Shown: piece after piece, positions 51,201 through 63,897 of the stretch
Layout of the letters: each line of letters begins with the position of its first letter
Numbering within the stretch: the stretch's first letter is position 1
Assembly (NCBI GenBank): GCA_030704615.1
Contig: CM060731.1
Coordinates: 23,622,001-23,686,000 of the forward strand
DNA from: Takakia lepidozioides
Taxonomy: Eukaryota > Plantae > Bryophyta
Length of the DNA: 64,000 bases
Direction: 5' to 3'
Position numbers and translations under genes: made by a program
The notes under the pieces: generated by a model
Told to the model about the DNA's origin: nothing
The model's database searches: none
The model's input: the letters and a program-made list of their open reading frames with translations, nothing else

Positions 51201-54200
51201 CGGCCTTTTGTTTTGCTCCAACTGGGCGTGGGGTTTATGGCCACAAGGCTAGGGCAAACAACGTCTAATGAGTACTCTCTCTCCTCTCGGGGAGGTAGCA
51301 GATGTTGTCACGCTGTTTGAGGCATATCAGCTATTCACCACAGGCCAGCGTACTAAATCCAGCAACAGCAACATCTTTGCAGCAGCAACGTAATGGTCAG
51401 TGCCCATTTCTGGAGCCAGTTCTGGTTTGCTTCCAACCATTTTACATGTGACATGTGGCAGGCCGGGGACTGGTCATTGACATACTATGCATTAGCTTCA
51501 TGCACTATTCTCAGATAGATGACATGCATCTGGTTACATTACTATCTGCGAGACAATGTATTTCTAGGGGTTCGAGCTGAGTGGGTGGGAGAAGCAGAGG
51601 ATCCAGAGCACAGCAACATCACTGCTTTTGTTCCACCGGCAAATTTCACAGTGATATTCACGGAGGAGGTTCCTGAAAAGTTTCCATACCCTTTGTTTGG
51701 AGGCAGATGCAGAAGTTTCATCGATCAACAGGGTAGCCTCTCGATATGTAACCAGTCCATAGTTTTCCATGGCTCCTGCCGCAAAATCTGGAATGGCGAC
51801 CATGTCCAATTTGGGAAGGGGGTATCCTGTTCCAAAATACCTGGTGCCCATGCCCAAATCCAATTACTGCATGCTACAAAACAGAGGTTGCCCTCTCCCT
51901 CCATCCAGCTACCCCTGCCATATAGTAACTAACGGGTGTTGAGGAAAGCTCCTCAGATTTCCCAACAACTGCTCACTACCAATGATTGAGGTCAAAATGC
52001 AATCACAACAGCCATTGTCCTCTGATCTAACCATTTGTCACACTTCTCAAGTTTCACCAAGTTTTAAGTAAACAATGAAGATGGTAAAAAGCCACTCACA
52101 AAACATTTCCAGGGACCACATAGTACCAGCTATATCAACAAGCAAATTACAACCCCAGAAATCCAGTGGAACGATGAAAATCAATTGAACTCAAATGTGA
52201 GAGGTAACCAAAGATTAAACGATAGCCATTCCAAGGTAAAGAAGAGCATAGGAGAGGACAACAAAGGCACCAGGACAAAACCTCAAAGGAAAGAAGAAAA
52301 ACAGGAAAGAAACCAGAAAGAATGATGCCTCCACTCAGAGAGTCAATTGGAGAGAAGTTACAGCAGAATGAAAAGTAATCAATTATAACTTGGACAATTC
52401 AAAACTGTACACTAGTGACCATCAAGGTGTTACTAGAAAGAGTTCAAGCGAGAGCTGGAGTGCTTACTCAGCATAAAAAGGAAGTGTTTGAAGAGCGATG
52501 TCCAGGGCAAATCTACCCTGTTCCGTCTTACCAACAGCAGTATATACACGTACTTTGTCACCTGGAAACAAAAGAGAATAAACAAACTCAACCACGGTAC
52601 ACAGACACCCACTTGTTCCCTGTCTAACAGACTGGAGGCCCAGCAACAGAGGTAGACTTTTCGAGTATCCAGGGTTTCAGACATGCCAGAAAACTATACC
52701 TTGTACAAAGAAACAGTAGGGCATCTTCATCTTGTTACAACTATTCGAATGAGGGAAAACTTAGTGTGAAGCATTCATACCATCTTTGGTGGTGCCCTCC
52801 ACATAGTCAAACTCTCCCACAATAACGGCGACCAGATATGTTGACATGCATGGGGATTCCTCAAACTTAACAGTCTTGGTGTGGGGTCCCGTTGCTTTTT
52901 CTTCAGCAATGGGCATGTTAGACAGGGCCACCCGATCCAAGGGAACATGCAGAGTTACCTTGAACGTCGCCTGCAGTTAAGAAGAAAACTGTTAATAAAT
53001 CACATGGCAGCAATATGTATAAATGCACCAATATATTGAAGTGTTTGCCTTTCAACAAAAGAATGGAAGGAAAAGTAACCTTGAAAGAGGGCTCGTCCCA
53101 ACAGGGAAAACAGCGCCGTGCATCAGCAGCCTCAAACTGTGTGACAGCCATATTCCTTCGCTCACCATGGACTTCGTATGAGCTGTACACGTTGAAGACA
53201 ACAAGCGACACACAAATCACATGAGATCAAAATTCATCAAGTACATCGAGTCATTTCATTTTGAAACAAATAGGCGGGGTTCTTCACTTGGCAGCGTTTC
53301 TATAGTTCGCAGCTAATTTCCCTTGGATAAGATGTACTCGTAAGACTTTGTTTGCCGTAGCCTTGTGGCCCAGTTTGGGCGGAACAAAAGGGACCAGAAA
53401 CTACCTTTGTGAGGGGCTCACTCCGGTAGTATGACTTACCCTGATACAAACAATTAGTTCAGGCTTTCCATATATCCTCTAGGAAGCCCTTCACACAAGC
53501 ATCAATCTGTTGTATGTGAGCAGCCCAAAAGTTACACTCCAACAGGGCCAGGGCTTTAGGCTCAGCCTCAAGATTTTGAAAGTTGGTGAGCAGAGGTGCC
53601 GAGACAATGTTCTTGATTGTCCTGAAGTGTCACTGTCTGGTGGGAATATCCCGGACAATGTATCAGAAAATGGTTGCCCGCACATCGGGCAAATTACAAT
53701 CTCCTCTTACTTTCTGCATCTGTTTATCGTTCAAAGGTAAGCTTCCCACCCTGAGTTTACCTTCCCTTGGATAAGGGAAAGGAGAAATCTGGGGAAATTA
53801 AGGGGGGTCTTCATCTTCTTTCAATCCCTCTAGTCACAGACATCAAGTCACACTCGCAATTTTTTAATTTACACATCCAAAGTAAATTTCAGGACACCTA
53901 CTATTTCCAATAACTCTACACTTTACCACGCATCTGTCTAACTCACATTACTGCAGAAGTTTCCAGAGATTTGTAAGAGAAGGAGAGAAGCAATAGACAG
54001 GGATAAAAGCTGAAATATCAACCCTCTTGGAGCTGTTTGTTGGGTTTCTATCCACTAGAGAATGGAAACTTAACACAAAATTGCCTCAGTGCTCACAAAT
54101 TGGAATGACAATCTTGTTTGTCACACACGAGTATTTGATGTATGGGCTCATTCAACCTTCACTGCTGCTCTAGCCCGCAGTTTTGCCAACAGATGAGAAA

Positions 54201-55283
54201 GACATTGATCCATGGGCAGCATAATACCTCCGATAGAAACCACGCATGTGATCATTAAGAGTGCCTTGGAATTCCATACCCAAGATGGCCTCCCCAAGAG
54301 GCAGGGGCTCAGCAAATGTCAGTATCATGATTTCGTCTTTCGCATCCAGCTCAACTGACACGGGCCAAAGAACCTGCCCCACCCAACACCACAAACCATG
54401 CATCACATGAAGAAATTGATGCAATCTTCCTGCTTGCACAGTTTCTCTGTAAGGTCTCAAGTTCAGCTGCAGTTACAAACCTGCATGGAAGCTTCATCTC
54501 CTGTAGGATGGTGTTTTTCTGCAACTTTTATTCATAATTTCCTCCTGTCATCAAATACTTCCATTCATATCTTCATTCAAAGGGACACCTTAATAAATCC
54601 CGCGAACTTCCATCTCCAGGCCTGAACAAGTCTGGAGAGGCGCCTCCCTTGCTGCATCATATAGGGTTTTCTGATATTTGGAGTTCTGACCCATCAATAC
54701 ACCAATCGGAACCATGGAAGGCTGATAGCAAGGTCACCCTTTTCAAGCTGCCTTGAAGGAAAATTCCCAACTTTGATATGAAATCTCAGATAAGGCTTAA
54801 GAGTTGACCAGAGCAACTTCCTAATTACATTGCTTCTTATGTTTCTTAGGCTACGTAGTCTGTCTGCCTTATGATACAGACGATAGTGTCTAGAACTGAA
54901 ATCTGGAGTGAAATTGGTTTTAGCTTTCATACACGCCTCAGACACTACCAAGGGGCAACGAACATTCCTACCTGCCGGGAAGACTTCGTGCGCAGCCAGA
55001 CAGAATTCTCGGTGATGGTCAGATCCGCCGCATTAAGAACTATATGCTTGGTATCCTCCACAATTTCTACCGCCACTGATATTTTCCCAACCACCTTGCA
55101 TGTCTTCAGATTGGGCGTCAGTTCTAGGTCGTACCGGCGAGGGACGACGAAGGTGGGGAGCCTGATCGTCTTCCGAAATCCATCCGACTCCCGCCCACTT
55201 TTGGATCTCTTGCGCAGCTGCGATACTATCACGTACGTTGTGGCCAGAACCAGTGCAGCCGCAGCTGCCACTCGGGCCGCCAT
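39250..55283 (-). CDS. APM1: M1 family (puromycin-sensitive) aminopeptidase, ~19 exons
   Basis: [105 protein letters not shown], then ERAP1-like C-terminal exons down to the stop at 39250; GT-AG boundaries. Confidence 0.95.
40595..40880 (+). repeat. 143-bp tandem duplication in an APM1 intron
   Basis: 40595-40737 and 40738-40880 near-identical (a few substitutions). Confidence 0.95.
41090..42820. mobile_element. Cluster of ~5 fragments of the intronic non-LTR family in both orientations
   Basis: Copies at ~41090-41290(-), 41445-41630(+), 41630-41955(+), 41965-42100(+) and 42150-42820(-). They encode C-x2-C..H-x4-C-like [20 protein letters not shown] and [31 protein letters not shown]. Confidence 0.88.
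44515..44850 (+). mobile_element. Two tandem 3'-end fragments of the intronic non-LTR family next to (CT)n
   Basis: Family consensus cagcag.ttgatgcttgtgtgaaggg...aaggtaagtcccacta...ggctacggcaaacaa..tcttatgag.acatt. Confidence 0.88.
49196..49439 (+). pseudogene. Isolated DYW-domain fragment, antisense within an APM1 intron
   Basis: LHDVEE../[57 protein letters not shown] with deletions and frameshifts. Confidence 0.9.
51169..51278 (+). mobile_element. Non-LTR family 3'-end fragment
   Basis: cccactattggagtgagcccct...ggccacaaggctagggcaaacaacgtctaatgagtac followed by a CT-rich tract. Confidence 0.8.
53332..53761 (-). mobile_element. 5'-truncated non-LTR family copy
   Basis: 14-bp TSD ttcccttggataag at 53318-53331 and 53762-53775; encodes [25 protein letters not shown]. 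Confidence 0.9.
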
Positions 55284-55835
55284 TTCGCACCCACACGGAC
55301 TTCCTAGAGAGCAAAAAATCCCACGATTGAAAACAAAACCCACCTGCACTGATGAAATCACTCCTCGTCAATCACCCAACTTTAGCCTCCATCGCAGTGC
55401 CACCCACAACTCTTTCCTCTTCTGCACCTACAAACACGGAAGAAAGGTGAGGAAGACGAGTCAACTAAAGAAAGAAGACCAACTACAAACATCGTCGACA
55501 CAGTTTTGTATTGAAATCCCAGTCTTGGCGCTGCGAATTGTTTAGCAATTCTGCGGTGAGAATCTCTTGTGCTGACCTTACATAGCGATCACACTACAAA
55601 TGGATGAACGTACGAAATCTGTTGATCCCGTACCCAAGAGGCAGCTGAGCTCGCAGAGATAATACAACGTCCAATCACATGTCAACCACTGTACTCGCAG
55701 CGCGGCTAATCTCTCATGTTTCTGCGTTTCCTCATCAGTCAGAGAAGAGATTGTGTGAGACAGGGAAAATAGAGACAGAGGGGCAGTTGGGTTGTGGTGA
55801 TAAAGAGAGAGAGGCAGTTGGGTTGTGAGGAAAGT

Positions 55836-55867
<32 letters not shown>

Positions 55868-55910
55868 CTAGGGTAGCCTACAGCAGCTGTGGGGCAGCGG
55901 GAAAGCAGAA
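55284..55910. promoter_or_regulatory. Short divergent intergenic region (candidate bidirectional promoter) with (GA)13
   Basis: APM1 ATG (55283, -) and FHA gene ATG (55911, +) are 627 bp apart head-to-head; GA repeat at ~55841-55867. Confidence 0.5.
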
Positions 55911-58900
55911 ATGCAAGCACTTGTGTCTGTGCCTGCAGGGCAGGCTTTTCCCCGCCTCTCCCTGCGAGCATCCCTCTCAAGCCACTCAACTGTTGGCTGC
56001 TCTTATTCACCTCCATCCAGGCCGTTGAGTGTGCATTTGAAGGAATCCAGGGTGCCTTTATGCAGCAGGTTTAGCACGAAGCACTCATTTCCTATCGGTA
56101 AACGAGTTTTTTCACACCACCGTCTCAGAATCGCTGCATTGCAAGCCTCGGAGAAAAGCGTGAAATGGATTCTTGAGCCTGTTGGTGAGTATTTTGCGAT
56201 CAACTAGTGAGTTAGGCGGAACCAAAAGGTTCTCTGTCAGTGCAAATCAAGTGAAAGATTTCAGTGATAATTGCTCGATCTGGTAACAGAGAGGCGAGAC
56301 ATACGGGCCTAGGAGCTGAAGCATGCATTTGATCTCCTCCTGTTGGGATGCCCGGAACTCCAAGCATACAGCAGCCTGGGCCAGCATTGCTACATATGCC
56401 TTGCCTGCTGAAGAATTACTGCATTCAGGGTCGGTTCGCAATGATAAGACAGTAGATAGTGTTGCAAAGGTCTTCTCGGTCAAGAAATTTAGCAAATTGA
56501 TCATCAAAAGTTATGTTTAGAGCATCTTCTTCGGATAGGTCAACCATTGGGAACGTCTATGGCAATGAGTCCAATTCAGAGTCCAATTGTCAACTCCACT
56601 AAACCATGACAACTGAGAAGTTGGCAGACAGAGTGTGTATTTTCGTGAACAGAAATACCTTAAGGAAAAGAGTAGTCCAATCAAGCTGCCCATGGATGAA
56701 CCCCTTGTCCCTGGTAATGACCAAGCATTATCCCCGTCGAAGACAATTTATAGGATGCTGGGCTTTCCCTGTTTCTGAGTACTGAAGAAATCTCCTTGAG
56801 GTGTTTTTCCAGATATTTATCCGCCTCGTTTTCTGGTGGGTTGCAATTGCAGGTGACGGGGATACAAGCCATCTTGATGAAGCTGTACCTTTGCCTGGGT
56901 CTTTTGAACTGGCCTCAGTAAGTATGAATTACTGAAGAGGGTCTGATACATTCTCATCTATTGTGTGTTGGGTCAGGGTTCATGTCTAACATCATGTAAT
57001 GTTGTGGGCAGGATGCTGCGACAGTGGGTCGTGTAGCAGGAAAAGCTGACATTGTCATTCCAGTTGCAACTGGTAAGAATCTGTGTGTAGCACCCGCACA
57101 TTATGTGCAGTATCAATAAGGGTATGCAGCTTTCATTCTGTGGCCAATTTGAGAGAGCAAATTACATATATCTCATTCTCTAGCTTGGACTTTGAGTTCA
57201 ATGATAATCGTTAGGCCTGACCTATTAGCACACAATTGCATTTGCATGTTTTGTATTCTTTTTACATGGTTTGAGCTGGTTCCTTCTTGAGCCCTGTGTA
57301 AGTGGGAAGCCCCTTATTGGGTTATTTACTGACAGGTCTAGGGAAAGTATGCTCTACTGCACCTTTTGGAGACTATAGCCTGGCTATGTCAATTGTCATA
57401 ATCAATGTTTTGATTTCACCTTCATATCCAGGGGTAATTTCTGAAAGGAGAGTGCTGGGATTGAGTTGATAGTGACTTTTCTGTCAATATCTGATATGAA
57501 GCCTTTGATTCTTCCACAATGGTGAAACCAAACAGTGTCTGGCCTCCATGCTCGCCTTGAGAAGAGAGAAGGAGCACTTTTTGTGACCGATCTGGACAGC
57601 ACCAATGGCACCTACATAGATGACAAGAAAATAAGGCCTGGAGCTGTGAGCCCGGTGTTCCCAGGAAGCTACATTACTTTCGGTGAGTATGCATTTACCT
57701 TGGCTTTTGAGCATATGAGGTCTTCAAGCCTAGCCTGTGGCATGTGGGAAAGGATCATGAATCCATATACACTGATAGGATAGAAGCAGGGCCAGTTCTT
57801 CCTGAATATTCAGGTACTTGAATATCTCCTTACCTTTTTCCTATTTAACAGCTCCCAAGAAATAGAGTCGATCATCTTAGGGTATCTGGTATTAGGCATG
57901 CGATTTAACTGACCCCACCATCTGACCTTGGACCCATCACGTCGAGAGCTCAAGGGTGGTACACCAAACTCGCCCCAAACAGCTGGCTGCTCTAGAGCGT
58001 GCCGACATGCTCTCTTTGAGCACCGAAAGCTGAATGGATTCTAAAGTGTAAGCATGGTTGGAGGTGCCTTCCTACTCGGCAGATGCGTACTTCAAGGTTG
58101 GCCTAATAATGTTGCAAAGCATGGTCCTTTCTACTTCAGCATTAACTCCTCTGGAGTGGAAAATTTGAGTGAGATACAAAGCTGTGTGTTTATCTGTTTG
58201 AACCAATTTTTGTGTACGCACATCCCAGTTACAACTGGAGGAAAACTCAAAACCAAGATATGTGGGAAGGGAGCGCAGGATTCTCTTCACTGCCCCATGT
58301 CCATTTGAGATCCCTCCTCCCCTCTGCATGATCATTGAAGGCCACCACCTTGCATTTACTAACATTGGCTTCGATTGGATGGGATATCCCCCCTAGGCCC
58401 AGTAAGCCATCCACAAGCATAAGAGCTGGTATGGTGGCATCATCCACCCTCAACCCAAATCAATCGCTTTCCACATCTTCGAGGAGCTGATAATGAAAAC
58501 AGTGAAGAGCAATGTGAAGAGGGTATAACCTTGAGCTACACCTTGGTCAATGTCAAAGAACATAGAGTTCTGGCCATTGACCATAACACAACTTTTGTTG
58601 TTCGCATATAGGTTGTGAACCATCCTCCACATCTTTCCCCCAAACCCCAGAAGACCACAGACAAAGCCACAGCCCATCGCGCCATTCTGTATCATAAGCC
58701 CTTTTACATCCAGGTAGAAGATAAAGGTGGGTATTCCTTCTTTTTTCCTTCCCTGAATTAGGTTAAAGATATGGTCAGTGCAGCCCCTATTTCTCTGGAA
58801 GCCTGCCTGACCTTCATGTTCTCGACTCCACACAACCTTCAGCACAGGTGCTTATAATCCTATGAAATAGCTGGCCAACTGCGCCAAGTAGTGTAATGTC

Positions 58901-60304
58901 ACAGGCTTTTCTATGTCACCTTTCTAATACATATTGACAGTGACACCCTCTCTCCAGCTAAAGAGTGTCATACTTCCAAGAGAGAAGAGCAACAACACAC
59001 ACACACACACACACATACACAATGTACTCATGCTGTTAGAAGGGAGCAGACACTACCTTCGTGAGGGACTCACTCCTGTAGTGGGACTTACCTTGGTATA
59101 GACAATTAGTTTGGGCTTCTTGATATCCTGTAGAAATACCTACACACAAGCTTTTAACCTGCTGTGTGTGAGCTCCCCAGCAATTTTACACCAACAGGGC
59201 CAGGGCTTTAGGCTCAGCCTCAAGATTTTCAAAGTTGGTGAACGAGGTGGAGGAACAATGTTCTTGATGTTCCTGAACCATCAGGGTTTAGAATGCACGC
59301 GTGCCGTTCCCTGCGAACATCGGCTTGCCATAGCCTTACAGGCCATTGACCCCACAGGAAACTTACCCTCACATAGCCTTTTGTGGGTTTCGCACCCACC
59401 AGGGTTTAGGGAGAGAGAGAGAGAATGTACTCATAAGACGTTATTTGCCATAGCCTTGCGGCCGTAGACCCTGTGCCTAGTTTGGGCGGAACAAAAGGGA
59501 GGGAACAGACACTACTTTGTGAGGGGCTCACTCCGGTAGTGGGACTTACCCTGGTATGAACAATTAGTTCAGGCTTTCCAGAGATCCTCTAGAAAGCCCT
59601 TCACACGGATCAATCTGCTGTGTGCGAGCTGCCAGAGAGAGAGAGGGAGAGAGAGGATGCATCTTCAGTCTGTGTGTGCCGCAGCCTTATTGTCAAAGAC
59701 CCTGTGTCCAATTCTGGGCAATCCAGAAAATTGGGAGAGGGGAGTGAGAAAAGAATGAGGGATGTACTCATTGACCATTGCCTGCGCTTATGGTGCCTGA
59801 CACACCCTTTAGATGGGTGCCATCTCAACCCACCAGGGTGTGGTAAAGCTCTTGCCCATGGCAGCCTCTGCAATCCCATTACAGGAAGGGCTGCCACAGA
59901 TATATAGAAAGCATAATGCTGCAGTCGCAGTCTGGCCCTCTACCCATTCAAATGCGACACCCTGTAGAGGTGGTTGCTCTACCGACTTTGCTGTATGAAG
60001 ACTATACATATAGTTGAACAAACTAGACTTAGCATGCCAGAGACGGTGAGGCCCCTAAGAACATGAGACATGCATATTGCCTGTCCTTTGGATCAATTTG
60101 GAGGTAGTTCAGGTTGGGGACGGGTAGAAAGACAACACCCAACTCACAAAGGGATACAGATGGTTGTATTTTAGAGCAGTCTCTCTTGGCTGCAAATGTG
60201 AGAAGCTGTTGATCTGAAGTTGGAAACTCTTTAACTGTGCAGGTGACGAACATTTGGCAGTCTTCCGCTTCTCAAAGGTGGAAGAGGGTACTGCCCAATC
60301 TTAG
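55911..60304 (+). CDS. FHA (SMAD/FHA)-domain protein with probable plastid transit peptide, related to the zeaxanthin epoxidase C-terminal FHA domain; 5 exons
   Basis: S/R-rich N-terminus, WILEPVG|DGDTSHL, ATVGRVAGKADIVIPVAT|VSGLHARL..VTDLDSTNGTYID..ITFG|DEHLAVFR. Exons ~55911-56184, 56853-56917, 57012-57072, 57536-57682, 60243-60304; an alternative last exon at ~60697-60716 is possible. Confidence 0.88.
57790..58960 (-). mobile_element. Decayed non-LTR reverse transcriptase (RTE/RTEX-like), likely parent of the intronic fragments
   Basis: EGQAGFQRNRGCTDHIF, FYLDVK, GKMWRMVHNLY, QGVAQGYTL..LLFTVFI, NVSKCKVVAF, YLGFEF, IIRPTLKYAS; 57875-58040 matches 42645-42815. Confidence 0.88.
59022..59633 (-). 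mobile_element. Two 3'-end copies of the non-LTR family adjoining (CA)n and (GA)n tracts
   Basis: Copies at ~59022-59275 and 59425-59633; flanked by (CA)10 and GA-rich runs. Confidence 0.88.
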
Positions 60305-61635
60305 CTTCTAGGCTAAGGATGTAATGTTCACGCTGCAGTGCTCTTAATTTATGCAGGGCATGTTGCCAACAAGTGGCAGCATGTCAGCAAACTTAGCTCT
60401 GACCATATTGGCAGTGGAATGCTGGTTTTGTTGAGCAGGTTCTGGGTTTATCCCCCACTGTGGTGATTGTCAAATATAGTACAGATTAGTCATGCCCTGT
60501 AAATGGTTTTCCAGTCAGGATAACTTCTCACTATGTATGTGGTGCTTCCCTCAGTCCCCACCACTGCCCCTTGCTATAGTTTCTCATACCATATCTCGTC
60601 CAACCTTGTTTCTAGCTGTAGTAATGGTGGTAATGTTAGCTTCAATTTTAAAGGGCCTGTTCCAGATTTGTTGGCTTGTTACTAGTTGTTGTCCAGGCAT
60701 TATAGAGGCCTTCTGATGAGGAGGAGCAACTGAAGTCCTGCAGCCATGCATGGTTGACGAAGTCTACCATCCTGCATTTTGTCCCAAGCAGGTTGGAACG
60801 ATCTGTGTATTGCATGAAGAACAGAGGATGCAGAGTTCAACTACAAATTTGACAGAACATATTGGATTGTTTTGCAACAGTCACTTGGAGTAAGAGTCAC
60901 ATTGAATTCACAAGCATCACCCAAAATCTGCTTGATCTTTTAGCCACTGAGATTGCAAGGATCTAAGACAAGGATTTGAGTAAAAGAAAATCATTAATAT
61001 AAACCACCTAGAGTGGCTTCCAGCTATAGTAATTTAGATTGTGATGAGTGATCATAAAAGTGAGATCAACAATTAGGAGCAAACAGTATGCATCATTTTC
61101 TACTGAAAGAAGATGCTAGGATTCCTGATGTATGTAACTCGGGAATGCCTCTTGCTTTTGTTATCGTAAAACTCCCAGCAGTTTTTCATGTGTGCAACAA
61201 CCCATTTATTTGTGTAGTTTGAAGAGAAGCTACTGCGTGCAATCAGTAGTGAACCGTAAGACAAGATTGGCAGGGATAATCTGTCTACGGAGTGGAGGAC
61301 TACGCATCTCGGGAACTTTTGCGGAGCTTGATCATAAGATGAGAACCATGTTCCCAGAATAAAGTAAGAAGGACTTGGAGCTTGCGATCGTAATAAGTGT
61401 GCGTGCGTAATGCAGTTATCATTGCATCAAATGAGCCTCACAAAGATCCTCTGTGCTCACCGCACAGTGCGTGGTGTTGAAAAGTTTGATTTGAACTTCA
61501 GGTGCAGGGGGGGAGAGGGAAGAAGGGGTTGAAAGATAGAGACAGAGCGAGAAAGAGGGACGGAAGGAAGAAGATTGTAATCGTCGAGTGGGAGGGGCAA
61601 GAATTCCTGATGTGCAAGCTGGGGTCAGGAGCGCG

Positions 61636-63897
61636 ATGGCAGAAGTCCACGGATCTCAGTACTCTCCCTCTTTGGCTTTCATGTACGCCGGTCTGTCCTC
61701 TCTTCAGTTTTATCGTATCAGGCATTGTTTAGATCAGGAATTTCTTATCGAAAAATATCTAGTGCAGAAGGCAATAGGACGCTTGACGGTCTTGACATTT
61801 TACTCCGAGATTCACCTTTCGCAGTCTCTAATGAGGGATTATCAACATTCAAATGCTGGAGGGGCTTTACATTGTGGAGCACTTTGTTCAGTAACTTTGG
61901 GTATGTCAGGCTCAATCAGATCTGTAATCTGACCTGGTCTTCGCCTACACATCCCCCAAGTGGACAGCCAATTAAAAAACCTCATGCCTCCAAACACGTA
62001 ATGGCCAATTGTTTCTAGAGATAGATCCGAATAGTGATGGAGACGATGCGTAGCTTCGAAAACCGAATGGAATGATAACCAAGGTAGAGCAAACTTTATG
62101 AAAACTGGGGAGAGAGAGGGTGTGGGTTTACGTCTCAATGTGGGTCGAGCAATGGGCCCTTCTACCTAAGCTAGTTGATGCCGATGTGGTTGTTGCTAAT
62201 TTGGGGGGAGGATACAGCTACATATTCAACTTGGTGGTCGGCACCGGGATCCTGGCGCTGCCATCTGTTCTTATGGGGGGAGGATGGGTGCGTATCATTC
62301 AGCGCTCTTATCACGTGCAGAAAATAACAGCTCATCCCTATTTTGTTTGAGAGGCTCCAATCAAAATGTTAGACAAGACCACCAGAGAGTGAAAGGTGAA
62401 GAAAGAGGAGGGAATGTCTCAAAAATACCTAGCCCCTAGATACTTGAGATGTGAAGAACTTTCTTCTGTCCACAGGAGGCCCAGAGAGAGAAAATGAGAG
62501 GGAGAGCCCTCACACTCTGATGAGGACTGCCACAGAAATGATAGCAATGGATATGTACCAGCAAAACATAATTTGGCTGAGATTTGGTAATCCAAGGGCT
62601 GTCATAAGACAATCTCCTGCATTGAGCTGGGTCATATGTCATTCCGACCAATCCGTCCTCTGAGTGTTCTGCTGCATAAAAGTCCTTGTTAGTGCATGAA
62701 TTACACTATGCTTCAAACATGAATTGAAAAAAGAGTTTTGAACTGGACCATGCATGTTGTTTATGAATGCAGATCTTGGGTGGCATCTTCCTGTTGCTAG
62801 TCTCTTTTCTCAGGTATGTCGGAATGATGTCATTAATGTTGTTCCTTTGTCTATGATCTACCACATGCTTGACTCCTCATTTACAAGGATATACACCATC
62901 CAGCATTTGTTATCAACCAAATATAAATTAGAGATTAACAGGAAGGTCGTGGACGAACCAGATTGGATGGCATAGTGCGCATGGCAGTGGGCTCAAATTC
63001 TGGAGAGCAAACAATATTAGGTGTAACCAATTCTTAGATGTTTCTCTAGCTCTTTTATTAATGTTAGGGGTATTTCCCTTTGATCGATGAAGTTAAACAG
63101 ATGTGCCTGCATGGCTACTCTTACTCTTACTATCGTGTTTGCATCTGAGTTGATGATCTGCTACGTGACACACCATTAACTGGTGATTTATTTATAGTGT
63201 GGGGACATGACTAGTATGGTATAAATGATAGGTCATTCTAAGCTCAGCTGACTTTGATGACAACAACTGCTGGATATCATTAGATCAGTTGTGTGATTTG
63301 GCAATTCGCAAGTTTTGCAACCAATGATTGCCATCTCTTTCTGGTTAATGAATTGCTGCAGCTATGTGACGGTGACATTCATGCTGGAATCCATGGCCAC
63401 AGCCAATGCCCTACTTCGTCTTCTGAGCAAGGTATCTTACTGAGTGAGCACTTTCCTTGTCATGTAGGCTTTTCTGTTTATAAAAGTTGCTCAGAATAGA
63501 GTGTATATTGAGGGCATAAGATAAATGAGAAGACAGTGGTAAGAATGTACTCATAAGAGGTTGTTTGACAGAGCCTTGTGGTAGGCAGTTGTAAGAATGT
63601 GATAGAATGGTATTGCTTTGCAGTTGCTGTCTGGACATCATTCTTACCTCATTTCTGAAGCGTAATTTTTCTGTTTATTTGTTACATGAGCTCAATGTAT
63701 GCTACAATTTTTTATCGTACTATTGGTGCACTCTTTGATGGGGCCAGACTGGGATCGAAGAAGACATAGCTCTGATTGAAGCCTCCGAAATCTTTACAGA
63801 AAGTAGTGTTGTCAATAATGATACACGCCTCCTGCCTTCCCAAAGTGAAAGGGAGTTGTTCCAGATTTCAAAGCGAACAGAGCTGGGTGAAATGGCG
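61636..63897 (+). CDS. TMEM104-like amino acid transporter (Aa_trans family), 5' part; continues beyond the window
   Basis: Spliced: YSPSLAFIYIFNLVVGTGILALPSVLMGGGW|ILGGIFLLLVSFLS|YVTVTFMLESMATANALL|..FQISKRTELGEMA, resembling TMEM104 motifs FNLIVGTGAL, TTFVIEAMAAANA and VEMGQMA. Confidence 0.8.
63546..63585 (-). mobile_element. 40-bp extreme 3' end of the non-LTR family
   Basis: tgtactcataagaggttgtttg..agccttgtgg flanked by a cagt(g/t)gtaagaa duplication. Confidence 0.6.

Noticed and set aside
54871-55545. 224-aa plus-strand ORF
   Set aside because: Antisense shadow of APM1 exon 1; likewise 31034-33098 minus-strand ORFs shadow the PPR gene
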